Assembly: GCA_977018835.1 (NCBI GenBank)
Contig: OZ361257.1
Coordinates: 5,022,001-5,086,000, forward strand
Source: Minutocellus sp. GHC0000111
Lineage: Eukaryota
Length of the DNA stretch: 64,000 bases
Direction: 5' to 3'
Part shown: positions 1 to 10,862 of the stretch, piece by piece
Numbering within the stretch: the first letter of the stretch is position 1
How the letters are laid out: the number at the start of each line of letters is the position of its first letter
Notes under the pieces: model-generated
What the model saw: the letters and a program-made list of their open reading frames with translations, nothing else
Told to the model about the DNA's origin: nothing
Database searches by the model: none
Made by a program: the position numbers and the translations under genes

Positions 1-2
1 CC

Positions 3-641
3 AGGGCCGTTCCTGGAACCAAGATACGAGAGGTGGGAATGTGCGGCGCTGGGTTGGACATTAACAATACGGCATCGAATGAGGAGAACGGGCTCATCAT
101 TGGGGCAACGCCTGACGCCGTGATCCATTACCCCAATGGCACGCTTGAGGCGTTAGAGGTGAAGAACCACTGCCCGTTCGTCCCGCTGTACTGGGGATCG
201 CGAAAGCCATCAAATGATGACAAGGATCTCTTCCGCATCCGCGAATCGAGACTCCCGTTGGACGTTCCACCGGCGTATGTTCCTCAGCTCATGTTGGAGA
301 TGCTGTCCTTGGGCCCACAATGCCGTTCGGCCATCATGGTCCGTCAGACCGCGACCAAGGGAGCTGTGATACTACGTTTGCAGCGCGATGATGAATGGAT
401 CGATGAAATGTTGTATTGGCTGAACGAATTTGTTGATCGATTCGTAAACCAAGGCGAGCCACCGCCTCCGAATGTATTTTGGGATGGCAATGAACATTCC
501 GGCGGTGAAAGATATCGGAAATTTGTTGTCCGAACGAAGGAGATTAGTTTGAGCGCACAGCTCGTGGCCAGAATCCCCCACGGAGATATTCAGAGGGTTA
601 TTGGATCAAAGAGGCATATTATTCCCTTGTTCCTCGATTAA
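3..641 (+). CDS. YqaJ / lambda-exonuclease-like (PD-(D/E)xK) nuclease domain protein, 5'-partial
   Basis: Frame is open from the window edge (RAVPGTKIREVGMC). Carries YqaJ-type motifs E-x-G, GATPDA, LEVKxxCP and YVPQLMLEM. TAA stop at 639-641. Confidence 0.75.
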   Translation, partial: RAVPGTKIREVGMCGAGLDINNTASNEENGLIIGATPDAVIHYPNGTLEALEVKNHCPFVPLYWGSRKPSNDDKDLFRIRESRLPLDVPPAYVPQLMLEMLSLGPQCRSAIMVRQTATKGAVILRLQRDDEWIDEMLYWLNEFVDRFVNQGEPPPPNVFWDGNEHSGGERYRKFVVRTKEISLSAQLVARIPHGDIQRVIGSKRHIIPLFLD

Positions 642-703
642 TCTAAATCGCATGCTGCTACCATTGTACGTAGCTTTAAACTGATAGATATTACAACCAC
701 TTT

Positions 704-1103
704 TATGTATGTATGTATGTATGTATGTATGTATGTATGTATGTATGTATGTATGTATGTATGTATGTATGTATGTATGTATGTATGTATGTATGTATGT
801 ATGTATGTATGTATGTATGTATGTATGTATGTATGTATGTATGTATGTATGTATGTATGTATGTATGTATGTATGTATGTATGTATGTATGTATGTATGT
901 ATGTATGTATGTATGTATGTATGTATGTATGTATGTATGTATGTATGTATGTATGTATGTATGTATGTATGTATGTATGTATGTATGTATGTATGTATGT
1001 ATGTATGTATGTATGTATGTATGTATGTATGTATGTATGTATGTATGTATGTATGTATGTATGTATGTATGTATGTATGTATGTATGTATGTATGTATGT
1101 ATG
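704..1103. repeat. (TATG)n microsatellite, 100 perfect units
   Basis: Uninterrupted TATG from 704 to 1103 (400 bp), between two convergent genes. Confidence 0.99.
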
Positions 1104-1171
1104 CATTAACTTAAAAATTAAATCCCTCTGATACGATATGTGCGGCCGAGGTTCCCTGTGTTTGATCTCAA

Positions 1172-2356
1172 TTAAAAATGTGCAGAGCACCTTCGCGTTG
1201 CCTTCTTCCTTTGCGTGACTTGGCGCCCGCCTTTGACAACTTTCTTGGCAAACCCAGCCACAGACTCTCTGGCCTCTTCAATACCGGCCAAAGGCAGCAT
1301 AGTTCTGGTCATCGACCGCCTTCTTCGCGCCATCCTGGCTACTCTGGCAGCCTCTGTCGTTTCCTCTCGAGTGTGCCCATACCGATGCTCCAGGACGTTG
1401 CGTCGGAAGTGGGGTTGTATGTACATTTTCTCGGAATTTGGACCACCGTCTCTGATCCGGTGCTTTTCCCAGTCATCAACACGAACAGGCTGATGATCTT
1501 GGTGTTGCCAATCTAGGGCGATTGGGGGGCCTAGACGGCAGCAGGGGTGATCACCGAGCGTTTGTGAGTGCGAGCGGACGGAAACGGAGGAAAATGACAC
1601 CGAAGACCCAGTAGAGCCAATTGAAGTGGATCGATCTCGCCGAACTTCATTCCCTCCCGCTGAGGAAGATGCGGTTTGCTGTTGAAGACTTGCAAGACAA
1701 ATAAGATCAGGGCGGACATACACCTCAGATGATGGCTCATTATTCCCATAGGAAGAGTGACGGCGAAAAATGCTTCTGGGCTGAGATACTCGTGACGAGG
1801 CCGAAGCCATGGAATGCCGACGAGAATGCCCAGGTGGTGACGATGGCTGAGAATCTGAAGAATCGTCACTGTTGGTCGACTCCCCCCTACTTGCATTTGC
1901 ATTTGCACTTGCACTTAACCCATTTTCTTGAGGCATTCCATCTTCTTCGTCTGACGAATCCCCGTCCAAATAATTCTGCACTTCCGTCAGCGACAAACGC
2001 CGAGTCTCGATCTGCAGGGTCGTGAGCGAATGCGAACGGATGGTCTCTCGACTTTGCGCGCCAATCTCGGCCCTGGGCATGGATAATCTCCGCCCGGCCT
2101 TGTTGGACATTGGCATTGACATTCGTTCCCCGTCTCCTCCCAGATCTACTTCGTCATCCGATTCGTCGTCGTCGTCATCGTCGTCCAAGAAATCTTGGAT
2201 CTCGGTCAGCGACGGACGTCGGGTTTGATCAATGACGGAACTGGTCGACGAATGCGCCAGAGAGGAGGAGCGGCTGATGGTCTCCCGACTTTGTGCGCCG
2301 ACCTCGGCCCTTGGCATGGAGAGTCGCCGCTCGACTCTAACGGTAGAGTTGGTCAA
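1172..2356 (-). CDS. Ser/Arg-rich diatom hypothetical protein (VSFxxV...LGDHP...GPPIxLDW motif family), intact copy
   Basis: 394-aa ORF with internal repeat RRLSMPRAE(V/I)GAQSRETI x2. The C-terminal motif VSFSSVSVRSHSQTLGDHPCCRLGPPIALDW...VDDWE resembles a widespread diatom family (from memory). Confidence 0.75.
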   Translation of the reverse strand: MTNSTVRVERRLSMPRAEVGAQSRETISRSSSLAHSSTSSVIDQTRRPSLTEIQDFLDDDDDDDESDDEVDLGGDGERMSMPMSNKAGRRLSMPRAEIGAQSRETIRSHSLTTLQIETRRLSLTEVQNYLDGDSSDEEDGMPQENGLSASANANASRGESTNSDDSSDSQPSSPPGHSRRHSMASASSRVSQPRSIFRRHSSYGNNEPSSEVYVRPDLICLASLQQQTASSSAGGNEVRRDRSTSIGSTGSSVSFSSVSVRSHSQTLGDHPCCRLGPPIALDWQHQDHQPVRVDDWEKHRIRDGGPNSEKMYIQPHFRRNVLEHRYGHTREETTEAARVARMARRRRSMTRTMLPLAGIEEARESVAGFAKKVVKGGRQVTQRKKATRRCSAHF

Positions 2357-3121
2357 TCCCCGTGCTCATTCCGGATGATGTTTCTTTCTCGGAATCTTGT
2401 GCGCCTTTGATGCCCCCTTCCCAACTTTCCATCTGGTTGTTTTGGGGTTAGATCACAGATATCATGTAATATTAATTATGTATATTATGTGTGCGGTATT
2501 GTGTGTTCCTCGTCCCCAACGCCGCTTTGTGCTATCCTTGCTTGGAAATTGCTCTCCTTCCAGCCGCTGTCACAACCCATCTTGTCCGAGAAAGACATTC
2601 TGACAAAAAACGGGAACAGAGCTCAGAAACGCCGAGTTCAACACCGCCGAGATGACGTTGGAAAGAAAGCAGAACATTTTGCCATGCGACTCGCTCGACT
2701 ACCCAATGACGTTTTCGACTTTTCTCCGTGTCTTTCCACCTCCGCTCCAGCTCATTTTTTAGCTAGTGACGCAGAGTTTTGCTTTTCGAAGCACTGATCG
2801 TGATGGTTCGAATGCGGACAACCACCTGAATCATCGCAGCAGCACGACATGACGCATCGTTGCTCATCACGCTCACAATTTCACCACCCGCATCTGCCGC
2901 AACATCGTCAAATCGTGCAACAGCTCGTCAGCATCTTGCTCATTCTTTCCACGAACATCGTCAGAGGAGCAGCCGCATCGCCCTCTCTCACTTTTTCCAA
3001 AACTCGACACTTTGCAAGGCAATGACACATCATCGTCGCCACGACGAATCTTCATTCATTAACCTCACAACAAAGAAGTAGATCCAACTCTAACAACTCC
3101 AACAAACCAAACACCATCAAC

Positions 3122-4541
3122 ATGTTCAAGAACAACGCCGTAATCCACGCCGCCACCTCTGCTACCGACGACGACAACTCGTCCGTCACGTCCGTCACTT
3201 CGGGATCCTCGGTTTCGAGCACGACCTCCTCGTCGTGGGATGCCTCCGAGGTATCCGCTGATCAGCACCAGCACGATCAGTCCCACACCGTCTCTACCGC
3301 TTCCGACGCACCCGCCTACCTCTCCACCCCCCTCGTCGGACCGCACACGGCCTACAAAAAGGTCCTCGTGACGGGCGGCGCGGGATTCATCGGCTCGCAC
3401 GTGGCCGATCATCTCCTTGCCCGTGGTGACGACGTTGTCATTGTCGATGAAATCAATGACTATTACGACACCAAGATCAAGGAGTCCAACCTCTCCCTCC
3501 TTCTGGACAAATACGGACCCGACCGCGTCGCCATCTGCCGCGGCGACATCTGCGACGAGGCCTTCATCGCCGACGTCTTCGAGTCCCACCGTCCCCAGTG
3601 GGTGTGCCACCTGGCCGCACGGGCCGGCGTCCGTCCCAGTATTCAGGATCCCTTCGTCTACATCCATTCCAACATCAAGGGCACCACGCGGCTGATGGAG
3701 CTGAGTCATCGATACGGCATCCAAAATTTCGTGTTTGCCAGTTCGTCCAGTGTGTATGGCGGTAGCAAATCCACCTTCTTTTCCGAGGAGGAGAACGTGG
3801 ACAATCCCGTCAGTCCGTATGCCGCGTCGAAGAAGGCGTGTGAATTGTTGGCTTATACGTACCATCATCTGTACAATCTCAATGTTTCTGGGCTTAGATT
3901 TTTTACTGTCTATGGGTGAGTTCAAACGATAACTTGCAGAATGATATGCTCGATTGGTGGTCTGGTTTCATACTCAATTATTGGACAACAAATTTCTCAC
4001 AATATTTCATGTAATGTACTTCTCTCGACACTACAGACCCCGAGGCAGACCCGACATGGCCCCGTTCAAATTCATCGACCGAGTCAGCCGTGGCGTCGAG
4101 CTGCAAAAGTTTGGCGACGGCTCCTCTTCTCGGGATTACACCTACATCGATGACATTGTTGATGGCGTCGTCCGGGCCATCGATCGGCCGTATCCCTACC
4201 AGATCTTCAACCTTGGCAAGGGCAGCGGTACCAGCCTGAACGAATTCATTGCCATCGTCGAGAAGCACGTCGGTAAGAACGCCAATGTAAGACAATTGCC
4301 CGATCAGCCCGGGGACGTGCCGTACACGTGTGCCGACACAGGCAAGGCCCGGCACTTGCTTGGATACAGGGCCAAGGTTAGCTTCGACGAGGGCATCCGG
4401 CGGACGTGCAAGTGGTATCAGGGTGCGTTCGATAATGTCGAGGATGTTGTCTGTCCCGAGACGCAGGCCAACGGCCTCGGCAGGGCGGCGAGTTGCATTG
4501 AGCTTGCTCAGGCCGCTGCTCCTTCGGAGGCGTGTAAATAA
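3122..4541 (+). CDS. UDP-glucuronate 4-epimerase-like extended SDR (NAD-dependent epimerase); exons 3122-3915 and 4037-4541
   Basis: Motifs VLVTGGAGFIG, HLAARAGVR, ASSSSVYG and YAASK. Intron 3916-4036 (GTGAGT...CTACAG) restores RFFTVYG-PRGRPDMA. Confidence 0.92.
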
Positions 4542-4650
4542 ACGACCCTGTCTTCAGATATTGTAAACTAGAATTGTAAAATACGGAGCATATCGCATTT
4601 GAATTCTATCTTTGTTCTGTCAAAGATGTATGGGTGTTGTTATATAACCT

Positions 4651-5592
4651 TTACGTGCCATGGCGGGCAATAGCGTCCCCAATGAGTTCCTCGACGTTCG
4701 AATTGCCCGTGTGTGACACAAGACCCCTACGTTTTTTCTCAGCAAGCCATTCGGCCCTTTCCTCTGTACTTTCCAACATAAAGGATTCGTGCTGACGCCG
4801 AAGTGACTGGTCATAGTCATCCTTGGAGGTAAGGCCTTTCAAGAACATAAATTTCACTGCTTTCAAGCAATACTGGTGTCCTACCCATGCCCCAGCAAGC
4901 CAATGACGTTTTGCAACGTCAAACTTGCCATCGAACATAGCGACCACCCCGAGGTTGTAGCGAGCGGCAACTTCTCCCTTCTTGGCAGCAAACTCACAAA
5001 ACATATCACTTTTCTCGGTAGTATCTTCCGTTCTTTCCCGCATAAATGAAAAGCCACTTATCCCGCATTGTTGAAAAGCCTTACTTACATTTAGCAAAGC
5101 CCGAGGGGAACCAAGTTCTGCAGCCCTCAGGAAAAACTGAACAGCCTTCAATTCATCCTTCTGTAATCCTTTATTGCCATTGCAGTAATGCTCGCCCAGA
5201 TGTATCATTGCCATGGAATGACCTTTTGCAGCAAGAGCTTCCAGTTTCTGGATAGTCTGGCTGGCTGTCTTGGGAAATGGTCCACGGCAGAATGGACACA
5301 CAGGTTCTTCACCGGCGGCCTTGGATATTCTTTCTTGCTTCCACGAGCAGCCGCAGCAAATCAGTTTACCACAGCAATGACAGAAATCCCACTCCGAGAC
5401 AGACGTAAGAGTGACAAAACAAATGCCACAATCATCTTTTGGCAGAGGCGGAGCGAAGAGGTCAACGTCCTTTAGCTCCTCCTGGAGTCGTTCCGCCAGC
5501 GCCTCGAGTTTGCGATGAAGATCATCAATTGCCCTCTTTCTATCGCCCTTGGAGAGCTTACCAGCCTTGCTCTTCTTCCCCTTCTTGCCCAT
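4651..5592 (-). CDS. RING-like zinc finger plus Sel1-repeat protein
   Basis: CGIC...CCGKLICCGC...CPFCR followed by Sel1-like repeats (AMIHLGEHY..G, AVQFFLRAAELG, ARYNLG). Likely start at MGKK. Confidence 0.82.
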   Translation of the reverse strand: MGKKGKKSKAGKLSKGDRKRAIDDLHRKLEALAERLQEELKDVDLFAPPLPKDDCGICFVTLTSVSEWDFCHCCGKLICCGCSWKQERISKAAGEEPVCPFCRGPFPKTASQTIQKLEALAAKGHSMAMIHLGEHYCNGNKGLQKDELKAVQFFLRAAELGSPRALLNVSKAFQQCGISGFSFMRERTEDTTEKSDMFCEFAAKKGEVAARYNLGVVAMFDGKFDVAKRHWLAGAWVGHQYCLKAVKFMFLKGLTSKDDYDQSLRRQHESFMLESTEERAEWLAEKKRRGLVSHTGNSNVEELIGDAIARHGT

Positions 5593-5879
5593 GGTCTCTC
5601 TCCCCTGTTGCACTCGCTAGTAATCGGAAGACAGCAATGGCAATTGTAGTGGAACTTCACAACGGTAGCCGGTGGGCAGCCAACTGAGAACGCATCCACC
5701 CGTTGCCGTGGGCCGTGGGCCGGCCAAGTCGTCTGGCCGAGAAGATGCATCTGACGTCATTTAGAAAAGACGAACTGAAGCAAGGCCATTTTCACGAAAA
5801 ATTTCCAGCACATCATGTGATACCACGGCCAATGCGGTCCAAGATACACGCCTTGCACTTACTTCTCCCACATTGAATC

Positions 5880-7085
5880 ATGGTAGCACCACCGACAAGA
5901 CGACGGGCGGGTCCGTCATTACCGGCCTCGTCCCGATCTCGGTCATTCTCACCATCATTTTCACTCGCAACGACCAGTCTTGTTCTCGCAACGGTCCTCC
6001 GAAATAACGGCGGTTGGGTCGTCCAAGCGGCATGCGACGCGGATTACTACGGTGATGCCGACTGCAACGATGCCATGGTGTCTTACAACAACGACAATGA
6101 TGACGATTTTGGCATGTACGGCATGCTGGTCGTCTACTCGCTCATCACCGTCGTGCTCGGTTGGATTGCACTTTTGCACCCCTTCTTTTTCGTGCCAAAA
6201 TTTCAATCCAAGGTCCGTGGGTATGTCAATCTTGGGAATGTCCGAAAGGGTTCCATCATCAGCATGAGGAGGGGCAAGGTGTCCAACCCGTTGAGATTTT
6301 GTTTGCCTACGAGACACAATTGTTATGTTACTGTATCGTTCGACCCCAATGGTTCCGCGCCGGTAGCAGCCGCAAGTTCCGACACGACGCCGGCGGTGCC
6401 TCCCAACGAAGACGGGCCATCCACCTCCTCAAATAATAACAACAGATACAGCAACACCATCCGAAAAGAATTGGTAATCGAAGAAGAAGCCCTCCAGCTC
6501 CTCATGGACCGGTCGTCCGACACCATCGACGTGTATACGGCCGGACCAGCGTACCCCCTGTCGGGAATGCTCAACGATCAGTACCAAGGTCATCGCATCA
6601 CCCTCCCCGTCAAGATCTTCTACGCCATTGGTGGATTAGTACTCATCGCCGTGGCACTGACGCTGAGCTTCTACGTGACGGCCGATCACATTTATAGTTC
6701 CGAGCACATGTGGAAATTTTGGTCGGTCCTGGTGGGACACATTCTGTGTCTGGGCCTGGCCTACTGGTCCTGTCACTTTGTCTATCGGAAGCGCATCGAG
6801 GCGTTGCTGTATGGTACCATTGACGATGGCACCGCCGCCTACGGACGGTGTGGCATTGCCAGCATGGAGAAGGGTGATATGGGTGCCGATGGGGTGGTCG
6901 ACCTGCCCCTTCATGGAAGTGGCGGTGGAGCAGCAATCCCTGCGGTGGAGACGGGTATCAGTTCCGCAAGTATGAACAGTTTGGAGGCTGGAAGTGGACC
7001 GGCAGGCGCTGTAGCAGCGGCTTCTGCTGCGGCCACACCTGATACGAAAGGCGGTGCTGGTGATGAATACCATGCCATGGCGTAA
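5880..7085 (+). CDS. Hypothetical multi-pass membrane protein
   Basis: 401-aa ORF with an N-terminal hydrophobic stretch and about three further TM-like segments. Confidence 0.7.
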   Translation: MVAPPTRRRAGPSLPASSRSRSFSPSFSLATTSLVLATVLRNNGGWVVQAACDADYYGDADCNDAMVSYNNDNDDDFGMYGMLVVYSLITVVLGWIALLHPFFFVPKFQSKVRGYVNLGNVRKGSIISMRRGKVSNPLRFCLPTRHNCYVTVSFDPNGSAPVAAASSDTTPAVPPNEDGPSTSSNNNNRYSNTIRKELVIEEEALQLLMDRSSDTIDVYTAGPAYPLSGMLNDQYQGHRITLPVKIFYAIGGLVLIAVALTLSFYVTADHIYSSEHMWKFWSVLVGHILCLGLAYWSCHFVYRKRIEALLYGTIDDGTAAYGRCGIASMEKGDMGADGVVDLPLHGSGGGAAIPAVETGISSASMNSLEAGSGPAGAVAAASAAATPDTKGGAGDEYHAMA

Positions 7086-7509
7086 TGAAAAAATGTAAAT
7101 CATGTTATAGTAAAATCATTTATCTGAGCTTCACCAGAAGGGTATCACATGAAGGTGTCTAAAGTTAGCAGAGCTTCACGTGTATTTCTATTTCCGAAAT
7201 GGTTCACTCAGCAAAATGTTGGTTAGTGGTTTTTCAGAGGATTTGTAGAGGGTATACCAATAACCCCTAAAAAAGGTCATTCTTGCACCCATTTCTCATT
7301 TCCCACCACGTGTTTTGTTAGTCGATATTCTCTTCGGGAGGAACGCAAATACTCCTCAACTCGTGGATATCTACTGGACCTGCTCATTCAGTAGGTTGCC
7401 ACCGACCAGTAGTATCCACTGAATTCGCAGGTCCAGTAGATTCTGGCAGGAACACACATATTTTTTGGTCCCCCGCACACCCTCACCGCAACCCGCAAAT
7501 TTTGTGACG

Positions 7510-10353
7510 ATGACGACGACCAACCAGACCACGCCCAAAAAATACAAACGCAGCAGAACTTCGTTCTCAGGGAGCAAGAGAGGCAACACCAAGGCATCCA
7601 GGAAGGCGGCAAAGGCGGCAGCTGAGCCGAAAACACCATCGCCGAGAGTGCAAACACGTCGAAGAAGCGGCCACGGTCAAATTCGCCCCCGCCAAACCGT
7701 CACCGTCGTCGGCGAAGAAGAGGACGGCCCCTCCTCCTATCCCCATGGCCTTTCTCCTTGCAGCAGATGTCATTCGAAGGGCTGGTAAGGATCTGTGGTG
7801 TGGAGAGTAACCCCCGATTCCTGCGGCAAAGATGACATTTGTGTTGGTTCTCGGCAGAAATGGGAAGACGTCCTCCCTGCTTTCATCGAGGCCGACTTGT
7901 TGCGTTCCAAGTCCGTCGGTGGAGGAAAGCATGAGCTACAGTACAACGAGGAAAAATGGAAGGATATGCAGCAACATCTCAAGGAGCATTGTAGTTTGAA
8001 GTTGCACTTGTCGACGCATCGGCCGAGAGGGAAGACAAGACGCAGGGCGCTTTGTGTTTGTGCTCACAGGACAACCACCCGAAATTCTCTGGACCGGAGG
8101 GACAGAAGGTGCACGAGAAAAGAAACCCCGATGAAGTTCTGTTCTCTGGGCGCTCGACTGTCTTAGCTACTAAGCTAGGTGAGAGGTTGTCAGCTCACAG
8201 AAAGGAGGTGCAGTCAGCGCATTGCGAAGCAAGAGCAAAGTCACTAGAAGACGAGGCCAAGAAACTGGGTTGGATGCCAGCAAGTCTCCTCAGCATGCTG
8301 AAGGGAACTGGTGATGCTTCCGCCACTGAAGCAGCTGCAGCCTCCCCCAATGATGAAGGTTTAGGAGGAGCCGATACTTCCGTTGTCTGTGCCACCTCCA
8401 GTGACATTGATGAACAGGTAAAGGTCGCTCTCGGCCTCGACTTTGTTGTTCGGATGGCCAACGATGACATGCTCCGTCCTCCTCGTCCCAATGCAACCGT
8501 CACCGAACCAACACCAATCAGAAAAGAAAAGCAGGCGAATGAAAGAATGCGGTTCAGCACCGTGGCTCTCGCGGATTGGTGGGGACACGGCGACCCAACT
8601 CGCACGCATGAAGACCGGCAACAAATTGCAACTGCCGCGTGTCGGCAAGTTGCGTGCGATCACGGTTGTGCCAAGTCAACCGGTGGTTCTCAGCTTTACA
8701 AGTGGAGAGACCAGCTCTACAAAAGCCTTACTGATGGCATCAGCAATCCCATCGGCAGAAAGGAGGTTCGTGGAAGGAAGGCACACACGGACATGATCGA
8801 GGAGAAGGAGCCAGGATGTCTCAGCGAGCTGCATCGGCATGCCACTCGGATGAAGGGTGCGATGGCAACCTTTAAGGAGCTAGCTGACTGCATGAGCGCA
8901 AAATCAGCTACTCCAGATGAAGATAGGCTGACAATTAGTCTCCATCGTCTTCAGCTTTTTCGCTGGTGGAAAAAGCAAGGCGGCAAGGAGAAGTCGTCGA
9001 TCGAGAAGCCGAGGCTCACCCCCGAACATTGTAGGAAGCGACTTGATTGGATCGAAAAGTGGGAGGACATTACGACCGATCCCAACATTCCTGTAGCGCA
9101 TCTTGATGAAAAGTGGTTTTACACTGCTGCTCGGCGACGAAAGATCAAGATGTTGCCACTTTCTGACGAAGAACTAAGCAGTCCGAACCTCGCGTCCATC
9201 CATGCTTCCGAGGCAAGCCCGAAAATTCGATGATCCAGAAGACACCCTGTCAAAGTTATGCATCTTGGAGTTGTTGGCCGACCAATGAAGGATGGGATGA
9301 AACCAAAGACGTTGATTTCAATGGGCGCATCATGATCAAGAGAGTCGCCAGGGAGCAGAAGGTGGAAAAGCTTACGCGTAATCAGAATTTCTCTCCAGAT
9401 GCTAAGGTCAACGATGCGCTAAAAAGTGACAAAGATTGGCGCGACATTTACGACGAGAATGCTGACATGACCGCCGGCCATCTTTGCGACCACATTGCCG
9501 AAATCTACGGCCTTTCTGAGTTTGTTACAGAGCGATTGGAACTTCAATACGAGGACTATAAATCCGACGGTCAGGCAAAAAGTCGCAAGCATGCCGCTGT
9601 TGGCTACAATCAAAAGATCTCGAGTCTCAAGCGACACACTCCTGATGGCAATGGAGAGAAGGTGAAGTTTGAGATCGACGACCTTGAGCTCGGGGTGCGG
9701 CATCAACGGGGCGGCGATAAGGTTACCAAGGACTGTAGCTGCGACTCCAAATGGATGTTGGAGACTATGAATGAGGTCGGGAAGGCGATTCGAGACGCAC
9801 ATCATTGGGTGAAGTGGGATCCACAAAATGTTCAGGAGTCTGATGTTACACATCTTGTGATGGACAATGCCGGCGGTCATGGGTCCAATGAAGCAGTTGA
9901 GAAGCACACCGAGGACCTCAAAAACAAATATAAGATTGAGATAATCCAGCAGGTTCCTCGGTCGCCCGAGACAAATGTTCTTGATCTCGGCATCATCTGG
10001 ATGTCTTTGCAGTCGGCCGTCGAAAAGGAGCATCGCGGTCAGAAGAATGATGCGAATGCTCTTGACAAGACTGTGATGAAAGCATGGGCCAATGTCGCAT
10101 CAAAAGAGGCCTTTCTCAATGTATTTGGAAAACTTCCAGTGACACATAACAAAATCAAGAGAAGTCGTGGCGGTAACAATCTTGTGGAGACCAGACGGGG
10201 AAAAAGGCTGGTCTCGCAAAAATTGCCGAGGAAGAAGCTGAAGAGGATGGTGAACCACTCTGGCCAATTGATGCTCCCGGCGAAGATGATGACATTGAGG
10301 ACGACGACATAGATGAAAATGATGAAGACGATGGAGTCATTGATTTGCTATAA
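7510..10353 (+). mobile_element. Decayed Tc1/mariner-superfamily DD39D transposase (pseudogene), copy 1
   Basis: Catalytic motifs LDEKWF (D 9105), MDNAGGH (D 9863) and SPETNVLDLG (D 9983) give DD39D spacing; KVMHLGVVGRP also present. In-frame TGA at 9231, several frameshifts (~7745, ~8050, ~9283, ~10203), acidic tail ending at TAA 10351-10353. TIRs not confidently found. Confidence 0.88.
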
Positions 10354-10862
10354 CTTATCATAGCATGTCCATTTCTGTTCATTACATTTTGATTTGGTGC
10401 TTCCAAAAATGCATTTTTTCCCGGGGTGAGGAATGCAAATGTCGAAAAAAATCATCACATAATGTACATTTATTGGTTCTGGTGCACAATATCTCTCGAC
10501 TATATGTAGAAGTTGGTGACCATAACTTGGTTCTTGCCCCCCGACTTCCATCTTGGCCGTCATTTATTCCTCGGAGTTAGAAAAAGTGAGCTTGGATTTT
10601 TGGTCTGGCGTGGTCGTGTTTCTAATACGTCATCATCACGTCACTTTCAAATCCTCTGAACTCGAAAGGTAGGCGTTTAGCCTTGATAGCGAGGTGCTCA
10701 AGAAATGCCGGAATCCGGCATTTACTTCCGGGTGTCATATTTAGGCTATGAGCCCCGGCCAAAAAACCAACGTGGACACTTTTTGCCGCAGTCTGCCTGC
10801 CTTGTAGGCTTCGATTCACGTAGTTGTGGTGAAAGAGATCTAAGTAGGTTTGGTTGTTACCT

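Noticed and set aside
3..641. YqaJ nuclease as evidence of a viral/prophage insertion
   Set aside because: No neighbouring viral genes are visible, and YqaJ-domain genes occur as ordinary eukaryotic genes. The upstream context is outside the window.
606..1190. ORFs encoding (MYVC)n and (HTYI)n
   Set aside because: Translation artefacts of the (TATG)n microsatellite.
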